Source of the DNA: a virus
Length of the DNA stretch: 64,000 nucleotides
IMG/VR virus record: IMGVR_UViG_3300025035_000003
Span: 1 to 64,000 of that record
Reading direction: 5' to 3' (one strand)
Part shown: positions 43,858 to 52,687 of the stretch, one piece after another
How positions within the stretch are numbered: position 1 is the first letter of the stretch
Layout: each line of letters opens with the position of its first letter
Made by a program: the position numbers and the translations under genes
The notes under the pieces: model-generated
Database searches by the model: none
Told to the model about the DNA's origin: nothing
Seen by the model: only the letters and a program-made list of their open reading frames with translations

Positions 43858-44739
43858 TTAATCCTCGTCTGGGTCTGCATCTGGTTGAGATAGTAGTGCG
43901 TTGTTTAGTGTAGTAGGTCCTCGCCATACCCAGTATCCCCCTGTGAAATATGGATTATACAGCCAAGTCCTTACTTTACGTGCCTTAGCAGGAAGTTGCG
44001 TATGCGGGAATGCTACTATTTTCGGCAAATACATAGGCTTGTACTTAGCTAGTAAACTACGTTTTATAGTTAGTTGTTCATATAACAATGAATCACGTAA
44101 TGCTTCAGCTTTTTGCTTATCAAAGTAGAAGCCATATTGTATTTGCTGTTGAATAATAGATGCAGTTTCCATCTCAATATTAATAACATGCTGCTCAGGA
44201 TAATTAGGTCGAGTAAGTAATAATTTATACAGATCACGAGTTACTTCAACGTCCTGTTTATTGTATATACACATTTCTTCTGATAAGTGTGACCAGTCGT
44301 GGAAATCAATCTTCTCGTTACCAAGACGTAATCCAAATGCTTCTAATCCAAATGATCCTTGTAATTGACGTATAGATGAATCAAGGCTAATATCCCACCC
44401 TAATGATTTATCAATCAGTAGTAAGGCATCTTTTGTATATACTAGTTTAGATAATAATAATGTATCAAGTTGTTTAGCTACTAATGGAATACCAGATATT
44501 TGCTCAATGACTGGTTTATCAAATTTGATTGAATTATGTCCTATATTAATTTCACATGAATTAAGTATATTAATGCCTTCTAGTATTGAACCATCTGAGT
44601 ATGAGGTTGGTTGAGATGTGAATACTTGTGGCTCATCGTCGTTGATTGCTATAGCTAATGAGTGTACGGTATTGATTGTACGTTGGCCTTCTAGTCGGTC
44701 AATTCTTGGTGTTTCAATGTCAAAGTAGGCTACGCTCAT
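43858..44739 (-). CDS. Family A DNA polymerase, 3'-5' exonuclease half
   Basis: ExoI FDIET, ExoII GHNSIKFD, ExoIII YNKQDV, followed by the thumb start (GFYFD). Confidence 0.9.
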   Translation of the reverse strand: MSVAYFDIETPRIDRLEGQRTINTVHSLAIAINDDEPQVFTSQPTSYSDGSILEGINILNSCEINIGHNSIKFDKPVIEQISGIPLVAKQLDTLLLSKLVYTKDALLLIDKSLGWDISLDSSIRQLQGSFGLEAFGLRLGNEKIDFHDWSHLSEEMCIYNKQDVEVTRDLYKLLLTRPNYPEQHVINIEMETASIIQQQIQYGFYFDKQKAEALRDSLLYEQLTIKRSLLAKYKPMYLPKIVAFPHTQLPAKARKVRTWLYNPYFTGGYWVWRGPTTLNNALLSQPDADPDED

Positions 44740-45164
44740 TTGTTGTCCAATACCCATTGGCAAGCCGCAAAGATTGCTTCTGGCTCTGTGTCTGCTGTAA
44801 AACCTTCTACTAATTCTTGTGGGTCTTTCAGAGTTATAATGTTGTGTGTTAATATGTGTGCGTATGCTTTTCTTTCTAAATGCCCAAAGTCAGGATTACC
44901 ATTGTTACTTTGAATATACCAAGAACCATACCCACATCCAATAGACGTATAATTGACAAACCATTCTTTACATTTATGAGCTAGTTCATAGATATTAATT
45001 TCACCATCGTACATAAGGGAAGTTTTTAGTATGCAACCATTGCTAAAGTTATACCTAATTAAGTTGTCTTCAACTTTAATCCTAACAATAGGTACTAAAT
45101 ACATAGCACCATTGAACTCTTCTTGGTTATTGATAACTTCACTAAATAATTCTTTACTTATCAT
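44736..45164 (-). CDS. Hypothetical phage protein
   Basis: 142 aa, coupled to both neighbours. Confidence 0.6.
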   Translation of the reverse strand: MISKELFSEVINNQEEFNGAMYLVPIVRIKVEDNLIRYNFSNGCILKTSLMYDGEINIYELAHKCKEWFVNYTSIGCGYGSWYIQSNNGNPDFGHLERKAYAHILTHNIITLKDPQELVEGFTADTEPEAIFAACQWVLDNK

Positions 45165-46632
45165 TGTTTATCTCTCTGTATTTATTTAAAAATTTAGCAT
45201 TATGCAGTTCATAGCGATGTCTAGTAGCTGCAATGTAGCAGAGTTTAAGTGTTTCTATTTCCTCTAGGGTTCTATCTTCAGGTGGAATAATTAACACTTT
45301 AGACACTGCTATATTTATATCGTCGTCTAATGTAACAGAGTCTAGCGTTAAACCCTTGCTTGTGTGTGCGGTCATCAACACGTGTGGCGCATTAGACTTA
45401 ACATGTGAATCAGCTGCTGTATATGCTGTTAACACCTCTTGTGGCGAGTACTTCATCAGTAAAGTATTTGCTGCTTGAATGGCTTTGTTAAACTCATTCT
45501 GCCGCAGTACGTATGTACGAAGAGAGTACGTAGCCTGTAATGTAGCGGAACGCCCCCATTCATCTGCATCGGCTTGTAAATGCTTCAGATTTTGGTTATA
45601 CTGTGTATTGCCTGGTTTAAGGTAGATAAGTGCTAATGGCCATAGGAATAGCTGAGCTACCTTTGTCTTTGACGACAGGCGAAATGGTACACCTTGTGAT
45701 TCCAGTTCGATCATTTGTGCGATTAGTGCCGAGTTCGTACGAGTAATATATGCGCTAGTACCTATCTTGTAGTTAGATGGATATTGCATTCCTTCAAATA
45801 CCATGTCAGGTGCGAATGTGTCTCTACAGAATGCTTGTACAAGTTTAGCATCCTCTTCATTAACACGGAAGGACTTAGATAATGTTAGATGTAATCCTTG
45901 GCCCTTATAGTAGTCAAAGGCAGATACTAAGTTCATAAAGCCAAATACGGATTGATTAGAGTCCCCTATAATGATTTTTAGCTTAGCAGGAGATTTATTG
46001 AATATGTCTAATGAAATTTGTGTCATATCCCCTGCTTCGTCTGCAATGAGTATATCAAGTTCAGGAAGAATTATTGTTCCATTCATAACTAGAATGTGGT
46101 ATAGTTTAAGATAAAACGAGTGTGTTGTATTTATTTTACCATTTGCAATTAATTCCAGTATAGTATTGACTGCTTTATACATAGGTGCTGACATTTTCTC
46201 TGATAGAGAATGTGAGTATTGGCGCAAAGATGTGTACTCCGAGATACAAAAATCATCCACATATCGGATTGCATCTGATACTAAGCGTGTTGGTATCTTA
46301 GCTGATTTAGGTATATCACGCCATGTAATGTAGTCGACTATAGGTAGTTTAAGCCCATATTCCTTGAGAGTCGCCCTAGCAGCTTTCTTGTGTATGTTCA
46401 TAGCTTTGCAGGTATGCCCAAATTCGATTGATGCTTCTGTTGCATTAGCCGCACCAAATACGGTGTATTCTGCTTTAAGGTCAGGCTTGATTTTATGCCA
46501 ACGTTTGATTGCTTCTGTGACAGAGGATGATTTCGCTGAACCTGCTACTGCTTCTACTATGATGATTGGTGAAGCTTGTGTTAGTACTGCCTCAAAAAAT
46601 ACTTCTTGTTCATCTGTCCATATATGTCGCAT
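45154..46632 (-). CDS. UvrD/Rep-like SF1 helicase
   Basis: AVAGSAKS, DEAGD, GDSNQSVFGF, LSKSFR, TAHTSKGL, YIAATR. Confidence 0.85.
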   Translation of the reverse strand: MRHIWTDEQEVFFEAVLTQASPIIIVEAVAGSAKSSSVTEAIKRWHKIKPDLKAEYTVFGAANATEASIEFGHTCKAMNIHKKAARATLKEYGLKLPIVDYITWRDIPKSAKIPTRLVSDAIRYVDDFCISEYTSLRQYSHSLSEKMSAPMYKAVNTILELIANGKINTTHSFYLKLYHILVMNGTIILPELDILIADEAGDMTQISLDIFNKSPAKLKIIIGDSNQSVFGFMNLVSAFDYYKGQGLHLTLSKSFRVNEEDAKLVQAFCRDTFAPDMVFEGMQYPSNYKIGTSAYITRTNSALIAQMIELESQGVPFRLSSKTKVAQLFLWPLALIYLKPGNTQYNQNLKHLQADADEWGRSATLQATYSLRTYVLRQNEFNKAIQAANTLLMKYSPQEVLTAYTAADSHVKSNAPHVLMTAHTSKGLTLDSVTLDDDINIAVSKVLIIPPEDRTLEEIETLKLCYIAATRHRYELHNAKFLNKYREINNDK

Positions 46633-46634
46633 GG

Positions 46635-47660
46635 CTAGTAAGGTATTTCGTCAAAGTCATAGACGAGATTCATTGCTTCTAATTTAGTTAATGGAATAAA
46701 ATCTTCTAAGTTACTAAATTTATTTAGCACATCTATTTTACCAGTAACTACATGTCTACATAAAATACCGTCTGAAGGTATTAAATGAATATCCCATATG
46801 AATTTAGTGGGTATTACCTCTTGTACTAATGTGTAATTAGATAGTAAGATTTGTATTAACATGCAATTCGGTACTACAATCTGCTTGCTATTATTATCAG
46901 ATACCCATATTACTTCACCATATGGTGACGAAGATATAGCTTGCACAGTTACTTGTAACGTGTGCTTATTATGTGTCCATTTAGAACCAATTTCAACTAA
47001 TGGTCGAGGCGCAGCTGTTATTGTAGTTGTAGCCTCTATTTCTATGGGTTGTATTGCTTTAGCCACTATAGGCTTATACGCTTCAAGTTGTTGCACTTGA
47101 AGTACTGGTAGGATATTATCTATACTTAATAGCTGAAAAGTTCCTCTAATGTTGTGTTTCTTAACATTGATTGTAATGTACCTGTTATGTATTTCATGTC
47201 TGCGGTTTACTAAGTTGGATGGAACAGCTACTCTATAGATTGTATCTGATTGTCGCGCTCTAATTAGCATAGAAGGAAATTCAACATTTAGATCCCAAAT
47301 ATGACATGCTACCACTGTGCTATCCGTGTATGGTAGGTCTATATAGGATGTTACATAGTCTACAGTACTGGTAGCTGTGGTATCTGCTTCAGATATTATA
47401 GAAATGAAGTGCTTATTGGCTGGTGCATAAAATTCAATTTCAGCGCTATATTTAATACCTATTTGAGGATTAGCTTCTCGCCAACGTTTACCTACTGGCT
47501 TATTAATACGATATTGAGCTGTATCTGAATAGGCAGCTTCAATTTCAACAATTAGTTCTGTGTTACCAAACCCGTTCAACTCTTCACCTAAAATAGTGAG
47601 AGTAAAATTGGTCGGATAGTAAGTTGCTAGCTGCGCTATTGGTGTTAATGGTATTGTCAT
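46635..47660 (-). CDS. Hypothetical protein directly downstream of the RT-ncRNA array
   Basis: 341 aa, AAGGA RBS; no motif recognised. Confidence 0.6.
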   Translation of the reverse strand: MTIPLTPIAQLATYYPTNFTLTILGEELNGFGNTELIVEIEAAYSDTAQYRINKPVGKRWREANPQIGIKYSAEIEFYAPANKHFISIISEADTTATSTVDYVTSYIDLPYTDSTVVACHIWDLNVEFPSMLIRARQSDTIYRVAVPSNLVNRRHEIHNRYITINVKKHNIRGTFQLLSIDNILPVLQVQQLEAYKPIVAKAIQPIEIEATTTITAAPRPLVEIGSKWTHNKHTLQVTVQAISSSPYGEVIWVSDNNSKQIVVPNCMLIQILLSNYTLVQEVIPTKFIWDIHLIPSDGILCRHVVTGKIDVLNKFSNLEDFIPLTKLEAMNLVYDFDEIPY

Positions 47661-47679
47661 GGTTATTCCTTGTGTGAAT

Positions 47680-47822
47680 GATAATATATACGAAAAATTG
47701 GATTAATAGTTATTATGAGTAAATGCTCATTGGGCGTTCTAGTAATAACTGTATTTATACTTGCTTACTTAATGAGGCGAAATGCTATCTAAAACAAGTG
47801 CTACAATTTGTTATATACTATC
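47680..47822 (-). ncRNA. msr-msd-like unit 4 (degenerate)
   Basis: Plus-strand atttatac (47753), gaggcgaaatgctatc, stem acttg/caagt, hairpin agttatta/taataact; weak terminal repeat overlapping unit 3; no branch G. Confidence 0.45.
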
Positions 47823-47999
47823 TAGCAAGAACATACAAATTATCGACTTGGAATGTAGACCCACCTATGATTTCACAAACCATAGGTGGGTGGAATGGGT
47901 AGTCGTTAAATTGCATTTATTCATAATATAGTACAGAGACGATACGTCATCATTTACTATGAGTTGCAATTGGAAGCTATGCTCTTGGGAGATAGTATA
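47814..47999 (-). ncRNA. msr-msd-like unit 3
   Basis: 22-nt terminal inverted repeats 47814-47835 / 47978-47999; opposing Gs at 47977 and 47836 on the minus strand; core atttattca 47915-47923; hairpin acccacctatg/cataggtgggt. Confidence 0.8.
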
Positions 48000-48001
48000 A
48001 G

Positions 48002-48229
48002 TGTGGTATGTACTAAGAGTATACAAAATTTTGGTACTGCTGATATAGATATCAGAGGGTAGTAATTTCAGTGCAGATTGGTAATTTCTTCTAGAAAATA
48101 CCAAGCTAACTGGAAGTTACGGAGCCGTTGATATCTATATTTATTCACAATAATTCATACAGAGGCGAATCGCCATCATTTATTGTAACATATAGATCGG
48201 TTGGAGCTATACTCTTAGTACATAACACA
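48002..48229 (-). ncRNA. msr-msd-like unit 2
   Basis: 21/22 inverted repeat 48002-48023 / 48208-48229; opposing Gs at 48207 and 48024; core atttattca 48139-48147; long hairpin 48043-48140. Confidence 0.82.
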
Positions 48230-48237
48230 ATAAAGCG

Positions 48238-49296
48238 TTATGTTAGTGGTTTGTACTTCTTAGGAAGTAGATTACGTGCCCATGTAATTAATCCACCTAG
48301 GCTATTTCCTGCTGATTTACGCTCAGTTGGCTCCAATAATTTGTTCTGAGAATTATGTCTTGCAGCACGAATCTTTCGCATAGTTGCACGAGTTGCACGT
48401 ACTTCCGTGTCACCTACATTCACACCTAGAATGCGACGATACCCGTACTTAGTGTACTTAATTCGTGTCTTCTTTGTGTTAGCTGAGAAACCGTTGTACT
48501 CTAGTATGGCGTATACACTATTTATTACTTCATTGAGTATTTCATGATCATCGTCGTTTACAGATATCTGGATATCATCTGCGTAAATAGTAAGTGCAAA
48601 ACTAGTAAATAAGTCATCTAGTAGTTCATGTATTTGTCCTAGTGCAGGCAGTAGTGCAATATTTGCGAGTAAGGGAGATGTGGCGAATCCTTGGGCAGCA
48701 TACCCCTTTATATGAAATAAGCTAGCGTCGTATAGCTCAGTAGGTATCATAGTGTGATGGACTGTATCAAAGAAGTTAGATATGTCCATCATAATTGTTG
48801 CTTTATAGCCTATATGTAGGGAGGCACCAGTAATACAGTTACGATTACGGAGGAATCCATGTGCTACATTAGCTAGTGGTGTGTGTGCCACTTGGGCGTA
48901 GAAGTACTCCTCTAATCCCTTTAATTTAGAACGTTGATATTTAAGCAGTGCAGGTGATGGTGCTGTTATTTTGCGAAAACCTCCTGAGCGTTTAGGGATT
49001 TTGTATTCACGATAGCTTCCTGCTGGAAGAGTAAATTCATGTGTAGACTTATATCCAGGAAGCAAACTTTGTAAGTATTTACCATTATAGGATTCTCTAC
49101 TACACCCAATAGCACAATCCCCTCCCATAGCTTCTGCTGATTCACTCTTAGTTAGGTTAGATTCTCTTGCGGTTTCTTCAGTATAATACTCAGGGCCAAT
49201 CATAACTGTGAAGTTACCTGTTGTATCTAGGTTACTGAAATCTATATCAGAACTTGGAGCGTCTCCTGTTCGTTCTATAAATTGTTTTTTTGTCAT
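48238..49296 (-). CDS. Retron-type reverse transcriptase
   Basis: YKIPKRSGGFRKITAP, AHGF, GASLH (region X-like), MDISNFFD, QGFATSP, YADD, KKT, ILGV (region Y-like); AAGGA RBS before MTKKQF at 49296. Confidence 0.9.
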   Translation of the reverse strand: MTKKQFIERTGDAPSSDIDFSNLDTTGNFTVMIGPEYYTEETARESNLTKSESAEAMGGDCAIGCSRESYNGKYLQSLLPGYKSTHEFTLPAGSYREYKIPKRSGGFRKITAPSPALLKYQRSKLKGLEEYFYAQVAHTPLANVAHGFLRNRNCITGASLHIGYKATIMMDISNFFDTVHHTMIPTELYDASLFHIKGYAAQGFATSPLLANIALLPALGQIHELLDDLFTSFALTIYADDIQISVNDDDHEILNEVINSVYAILEYNGFSANTKKTRIKYTKYGYRRILGVNVGDTEVRATRATMRKIRAARHNSQNKLLEPTERKSAGNSLGGLITWARNLLPKKYKPLT

Positions 49297-49325
49297 TAAT
49301 GTTCCTTTATTAGGTAGTGTAGCGC

Positions 49326-49512
49326 TTAATTTCGCATATATGCAAATTTTGATCTGTATTGCCTGAAACCAGGTGATCGATGCTGTAATATATAGTTTTC
49401 CACCGGACGTAGTCGGTGGAAAACTATATTTATTCATATGCTTGTTACAATGGCGATTCGCCTATATACCATATGAGGTATAGTTTATACTATGCCATAT
49501 ATGCGTAACTAA
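49326..49512 (-). ncRNA. msr-msd-like unit 1, at the canonical retron position upstream of the RT
   Basis: 15/17 inverted repeat 49326-49342 / 49496-49512; opposing Gs at 49495 and 49343; core atttattca 49428-49436; perfect 16-bp hairpin 49390-49429. Confidence 0.82.
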
Positions 49513-49543
49513 AAACTATGTGTAGTACTAATACTTAAAAGCA

Positions 49544-49753
49544 TTAGTACATTCGTTTATAGAATCCCATTAATTTCTTACTAGGGCCTACTGTCTTTGA
49601 CTCTTCACAGATGTAACATACGTTAGTATGCACTGTGAGAGGGTCTGTATATGTTGGGTTACGTGAGTACTTGTCTGCACAATCAAAGCAGATGTATGGA
49701 CTTAGTTTGCCAGATGCACATTCTTCTGCACGCATTTCTTGTTTATTGTTCAT
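49544..49753 (-). CDS. Small zinc-finger protein
   Basis: CFDC...CYIC. Confidence 0.5.
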   Translation of the reverse strand: MNNKQEMRAEECASGKLSPYICFDCADKYSRNPTYTDPLTVHTNVCYICEESKTVGPSKKLMGFYKRMY

Positions 49754-49859
49754 TGATTCTGTCCCTGATTTCTTGTATGCAGAACGTCATCAATTGCAGC
49801 ACTAATAGCCATCATACTTAGTACTATATAATCCATTGATTCCTTTAATTGTGTTGCGC

Positions 49860-50423
49860 TCATAATTGCTCCTTATTAGTAATTAGCTTACAGAATATAA
49901 ATATAGATTTCCAGTCGTTGTTTGCTGCTAGCTCATCGTCTGTCAGCCATACTATGCTATTAGTAGAGAATTCTTCAGATGCAGCCGGGTGCTCGGCTTC
50001 TGTAAGATGTGTTTTAGGAATGTCAGTGACATCTACTAAAAACCCATGTGCTATCTGGTCCATTTGAGTAGATACCATTGTAGACCCTACAAAGTGTACC
50101 TGCTCATCAGTTACTACATACCCAGCTTCTTCTAATACTTCTGTGATAGTAATTTGTTGAGGTGTGGTTTCTGCAGCCATTGAACCACCAAATGCAGTTG
50201 TTAACATAGCTGGTTTACCTAGACGATGATCGAGAGGAGGCTTAGATTCATTGATAAGACCGAAGGGCTTATCAGAGTTACCGTCATGAAGAATGAAGAA
50301 GATACTGTCCGTACCTGCTCTAGTGGCATACTGATAGTAACCACGTGCTTGGTTGATAGTTATGTACGGCTGACCATTTATTGCTTTGGATGGTGATTCA
50401 TATTGTGTGGTTGGTGTGTGCAT
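49860..50423 (-). CDS. Nudix hydrolase
   Basis: FGGS..ETTPQQITITEVLEEAGY Nudix box. Confidence 0.75.
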   Translation of the reverse strand: MHTPTTQYESPSKAINGQPYITINQARGYYQYATRAGTDSIFFILHDGNSDKPFGLINESKPPLDHRLGKPAMLTTAFGGSMAAETTPQQITITEVLEEAGYVVTDEQVHFVGSTMVSTQMDQIAHGFLVDVTDIPKTHLTEAEHPAASEEFSTNSIVWLTDDELAANNDWKSIFIFCKLITNKEQL

Positions 50424-50447
50424 TGTGTTCCTTTAATTATGGTAGAG

Positions 50448-50696
50448 TTATAGCTCTTCCCATCCGTCTTCTTTCATTTGCATTTTATGTTGCCATACTG
50501 CCTCTGATAAATCCTCTGGGCATTCATTATCAAGTGTCATACTGTCTAGTTGCCTTCTTGTGCCAGAAGTTGTCTTAAGTGCATAAATGCTTATCCAGAT
50601 ACTCTCTTGGTCTGCATCTACTGTGAAATAGAGCACTTCTTCTGGTCCAAGTTTTACTGTGTACTCATCTTTCTTGAATAATGTATATTTGCTCAT
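50448..50696 (-). CDS. Hypothetical protein
   Basis: 82 aa, ATGA overlap with the upstream ORF. Confidence 0.5.
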   Translation of the reverse strand: MSKYTLFKKDEYTVKLGPEEVLYFTVDADQESIWISIYALKTTSGTRRQLDSMTLDNECPEDLSEAVWQHKMQMKEDGWEEL

Positions 50697-50875
50697 TTAG
50701 CACCCTTGTCGGTTTGTTGGTATTGGGCATTAACTGATTTCCAATATACAGAGTAACCACCTTGGTTTTCCGGTAATTTCCATCGTTTAGCCATCTCAGA
50801 TATACCAGTTTGTGGTAATGATAATCCTGCTTTAGCCAATTGGTTATTAGTGCACTTAATTAGATTAGCTAGCAT
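50693..50875 (-). CDS. Hypothetical protein
   Basis: 60 aa, coupled to neighbours. Confidence 0.45.
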   Translation of the reverse strand: MLANLIKCTNNQLAKAGLSLPQTGISEMAKRWKLPENQGGYSVYWKSVNAQYQQTDKGAK

Positions 50876-51466
50876 TTAGCGTCCTTGTATGTAGTCATAA
50901 ACTAATGGATGTAAGAATTGTTTATTCGATTCGATATCATTACGAATAGATTGCGCTCTGATTTGTATGCCACTGAGTGGTAATTTAGTAGTATGCATAC
51001 CAGCTATCTCGTATAGTTTGCAATAAGATTCATTGGTATAATCAATTCCACGGAAAGTGAAATTAGTTAGATCCTCTAGCTTCTCATGTAGGTAGATTGT
51101 AGTTTCAGACAAGTCATCAGTTATAGTTAGCTGTATGGCTTTGCATAGTCGATAGAGCCAGTCATCCCAATCAGGTGAATCATCTAGTGCTATACATTTG
51201 ATATTAGGGTAAACTAAACGAATCATGTGGATTCGTTCAAGTGGGTACCATGGGTTACGGTCGTCATGCATATCTGATATAAATACTGTATTCAGATTGG
51301 ATAATAAGAAAGGGTCCTCTGACTTATCTAATGCGATTAATTCTTGCACCATATTGTAACCACAATCGAATAAAAGATAATCATTTTCAGATACTTCAAT
51401 TAGAAATGATGCGTTTGTCTACGTGAAGTCTGCTCCTCCACCGTTACCGAGCTGTTTAAGTTTCAT
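50876..51466 (-). pseudogene. Chimeric remnant: MBL-fold hydrolase N-terminus fused to a NadM-like nucleotidyltransferase C-terminus
   Basis: MKLKQLGNGGG, in-frame TAG at 51419-51421, LLFDCG, ISDMHDD, then NPWYPLERIHMI...IRAQSIR. Confidence 0.55.
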
Positions 51467-51719
51467 GTTACTATCTCTCACTTATTGAAATTTGTGGTTC
51501 TTCTTGCTCTTTGTCTTGTTGAGTAGTATTGAAGAGACGTGCTGCTTTCTCTGCATATAGTTGTATTTCTGTTTGTTCGTTATTCATGTTGGTTGTCCTA
51601 TATGGATTGTTACGTTTTACATGTCAATAATTAATTGAGGTATGTGGTAAACGCCTTTTTTAGTATCCCAGGCCCGACTTGCACAGGCAGCAGTTCTCAT
51701 CTAGAATGTTGACTGAGAC

Positions 51720-52445
51720 TTATTTGGATTGTTTAACGTGTAGTGATGGGAAGAATACCCCTGTGAGTACTCCGCGAGTTGGTTGGTCATATGTGGCACC
51801 AGTGTCCAAGTTAACAGCACCATCGTAGAATAGGGGCTCAGCAGGGATTGTAGCTTTCTTCTTCAATATATAATCTGTTGGAGTATGTCCAAATACATTA
51901 TAATATGGAGTAGTGTTCTTCTTCCCATATGGTTGATTACGATTCCATGCAAAGTCAAACGTAAATGTTGCTGCTTCCTTAAGAGGTTTAAATGCACTCC
52001 ATGTATGTGATACTAATAGTTCAAGTCCTGATTCATCTTTGATACCTGTTTCAATATATAATGGAAGTGACTGAAGGTATAGTAGATCAGTTAGTAATGC
52101 TTGATAGTTACCATTATACGCTGAGAATACATCTTGCCCTCCATTAAAGAACCAATCACTATCCCGTATAACAGACATAGATTTAGGTGTAAGGATTTCT
52201 CCGTCAACTAATTGCTGTATATATGGAATAAGTTCACATGCCATTAATTCGTGGTTACCACGGACTGCTTGTATTCCAGATGAGCGTATGAACTCTATGG
52301 TTTCACGAGAATGTGGACCGCGATCAATTAAATTACCTACTGAGCAGATTTGTATGTGTGAAGGGATACCTGCTATAAGTTGCTTGAGTTTACGAAATTC
52401 CCCGTGTATGTCACCTATAATAAAGGCTGTGTCAGTTAATTGCAT
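51720..52445 (-). CDS. PPP-family Ser/Thr protein phosphatase with a Asp-to-Asn change in motif II
   Basis: GDIHG, GNLIDRG (consensus GDxxDRG), RGNHE, FGHTP, LDTG. Confidence 0.85.
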   Translation of the reverse strand: MQLTDTAFIIGDIHGEFRKLKQLIAGIPSHIQICSVGNLIDRGPHSRETIEFIRSSGIQAVRGNHELMACELIPYIQQLVDGEILTPKSMSVIRDSDWFFNGGQDVFSAYNGNYQALLTDLLYLQSLPLYIETGIKDESGLELLVSHTWSAFKPLKEAATFTFDFAWNRNQPYGKKNTTPYYNVFGHTPTDYILKKKATIPAEPLFYDGAVNLDTGATYDQPTRGVLTGVFFPSLHVKQSK

Positions 52446-52473
52446 TACAAGTTCCTGTTTGTTAAATTATTAA

Positions 52474-52589
52474 CATCTCCAAAAGATGTATACGTATGTA
52501 TTCTATTACAGCTCAATGCCGCTACGGATGTTCTAGCATCGGAAGATACATACTAAGGACTAGAATCCTATATACATCTTTTGGAGGTG
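52474..52589. other. Structured intergenic element, candidate ncRNA
   Basis: 19-bp closing stem catctccaaaagatgtata / tatacatcttttggaggtg enclosing gtatgtat/atacatac, gatg/catc and agga/tcct stems. Confidence 0.55.
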
Positions 52590-52598
52590 CTAAATGAA

Positions 52599-52682
52599 GG
52601 AGGACACTCTTGGAATCAAACCAAGTACCTTCTGATTAATCATTAGATGCCCCCTATCGGTGAGCTAAAAAAAAAAATGTCC
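52599..52682 (-). pseudogene. Degenerate tRNA (possibly Asn)
   Basis: GGACA / TGTCC acceptor, TAGCTCA D arm, T arm CTTGG-TTTGATT-CCAAG; poly-T expansion and broken anticodon arm. Confidence 0.55.
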
Positions 52683-52687
52683 GTGTA

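Noticed and set aside
47680-48229. CRISPR array
   Set aside because: No identical direct repeats and no cas genes; conservation is structural, with unit-specific inverted repeats.
47865-48349. ORFs 47865-48104 (-) and 48128-48349 (+)
   Set aside because: No RBS, weak starts, and they overlap the structured units or the RT antisense strand.
48238-49296. RT as a diversity-generating retroelement targeting the tail fibre
   Set aside because: No template/variable repeat pair differing at adenines was seen, no Avd-like gene is present, and the motifs (AHGF, QGxxTSP, YADD) are retron-like.
48238-49296. RT as a group II intron maturase
   Set aside because: Too short, no domain X or endonuclease, no domain V hairpin, and no interrupted host gene.
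49297-49437. Longer RT start at 49437 given in the ORF track
   Set aside because: It runs through ncRNA unit 1; the AAGGA RBS supports the ATG at 49296.
48163-49463. aggcgaatcgccat / atggcgattcgcct as terminal inverted repeats of a mobile element around the RT
   Set aside because: Explained by the near-palindromic small hairpin present in each ncRNA unit; no transposase or target duplication.
51419-51421. TAG recoding (alternative genetic code)
   Set aside because: Several clear genes end in TAG (3139, 4088, 6051, 21625), long ORFs are intact in the standard code, and no suppressor tRNA was seen.
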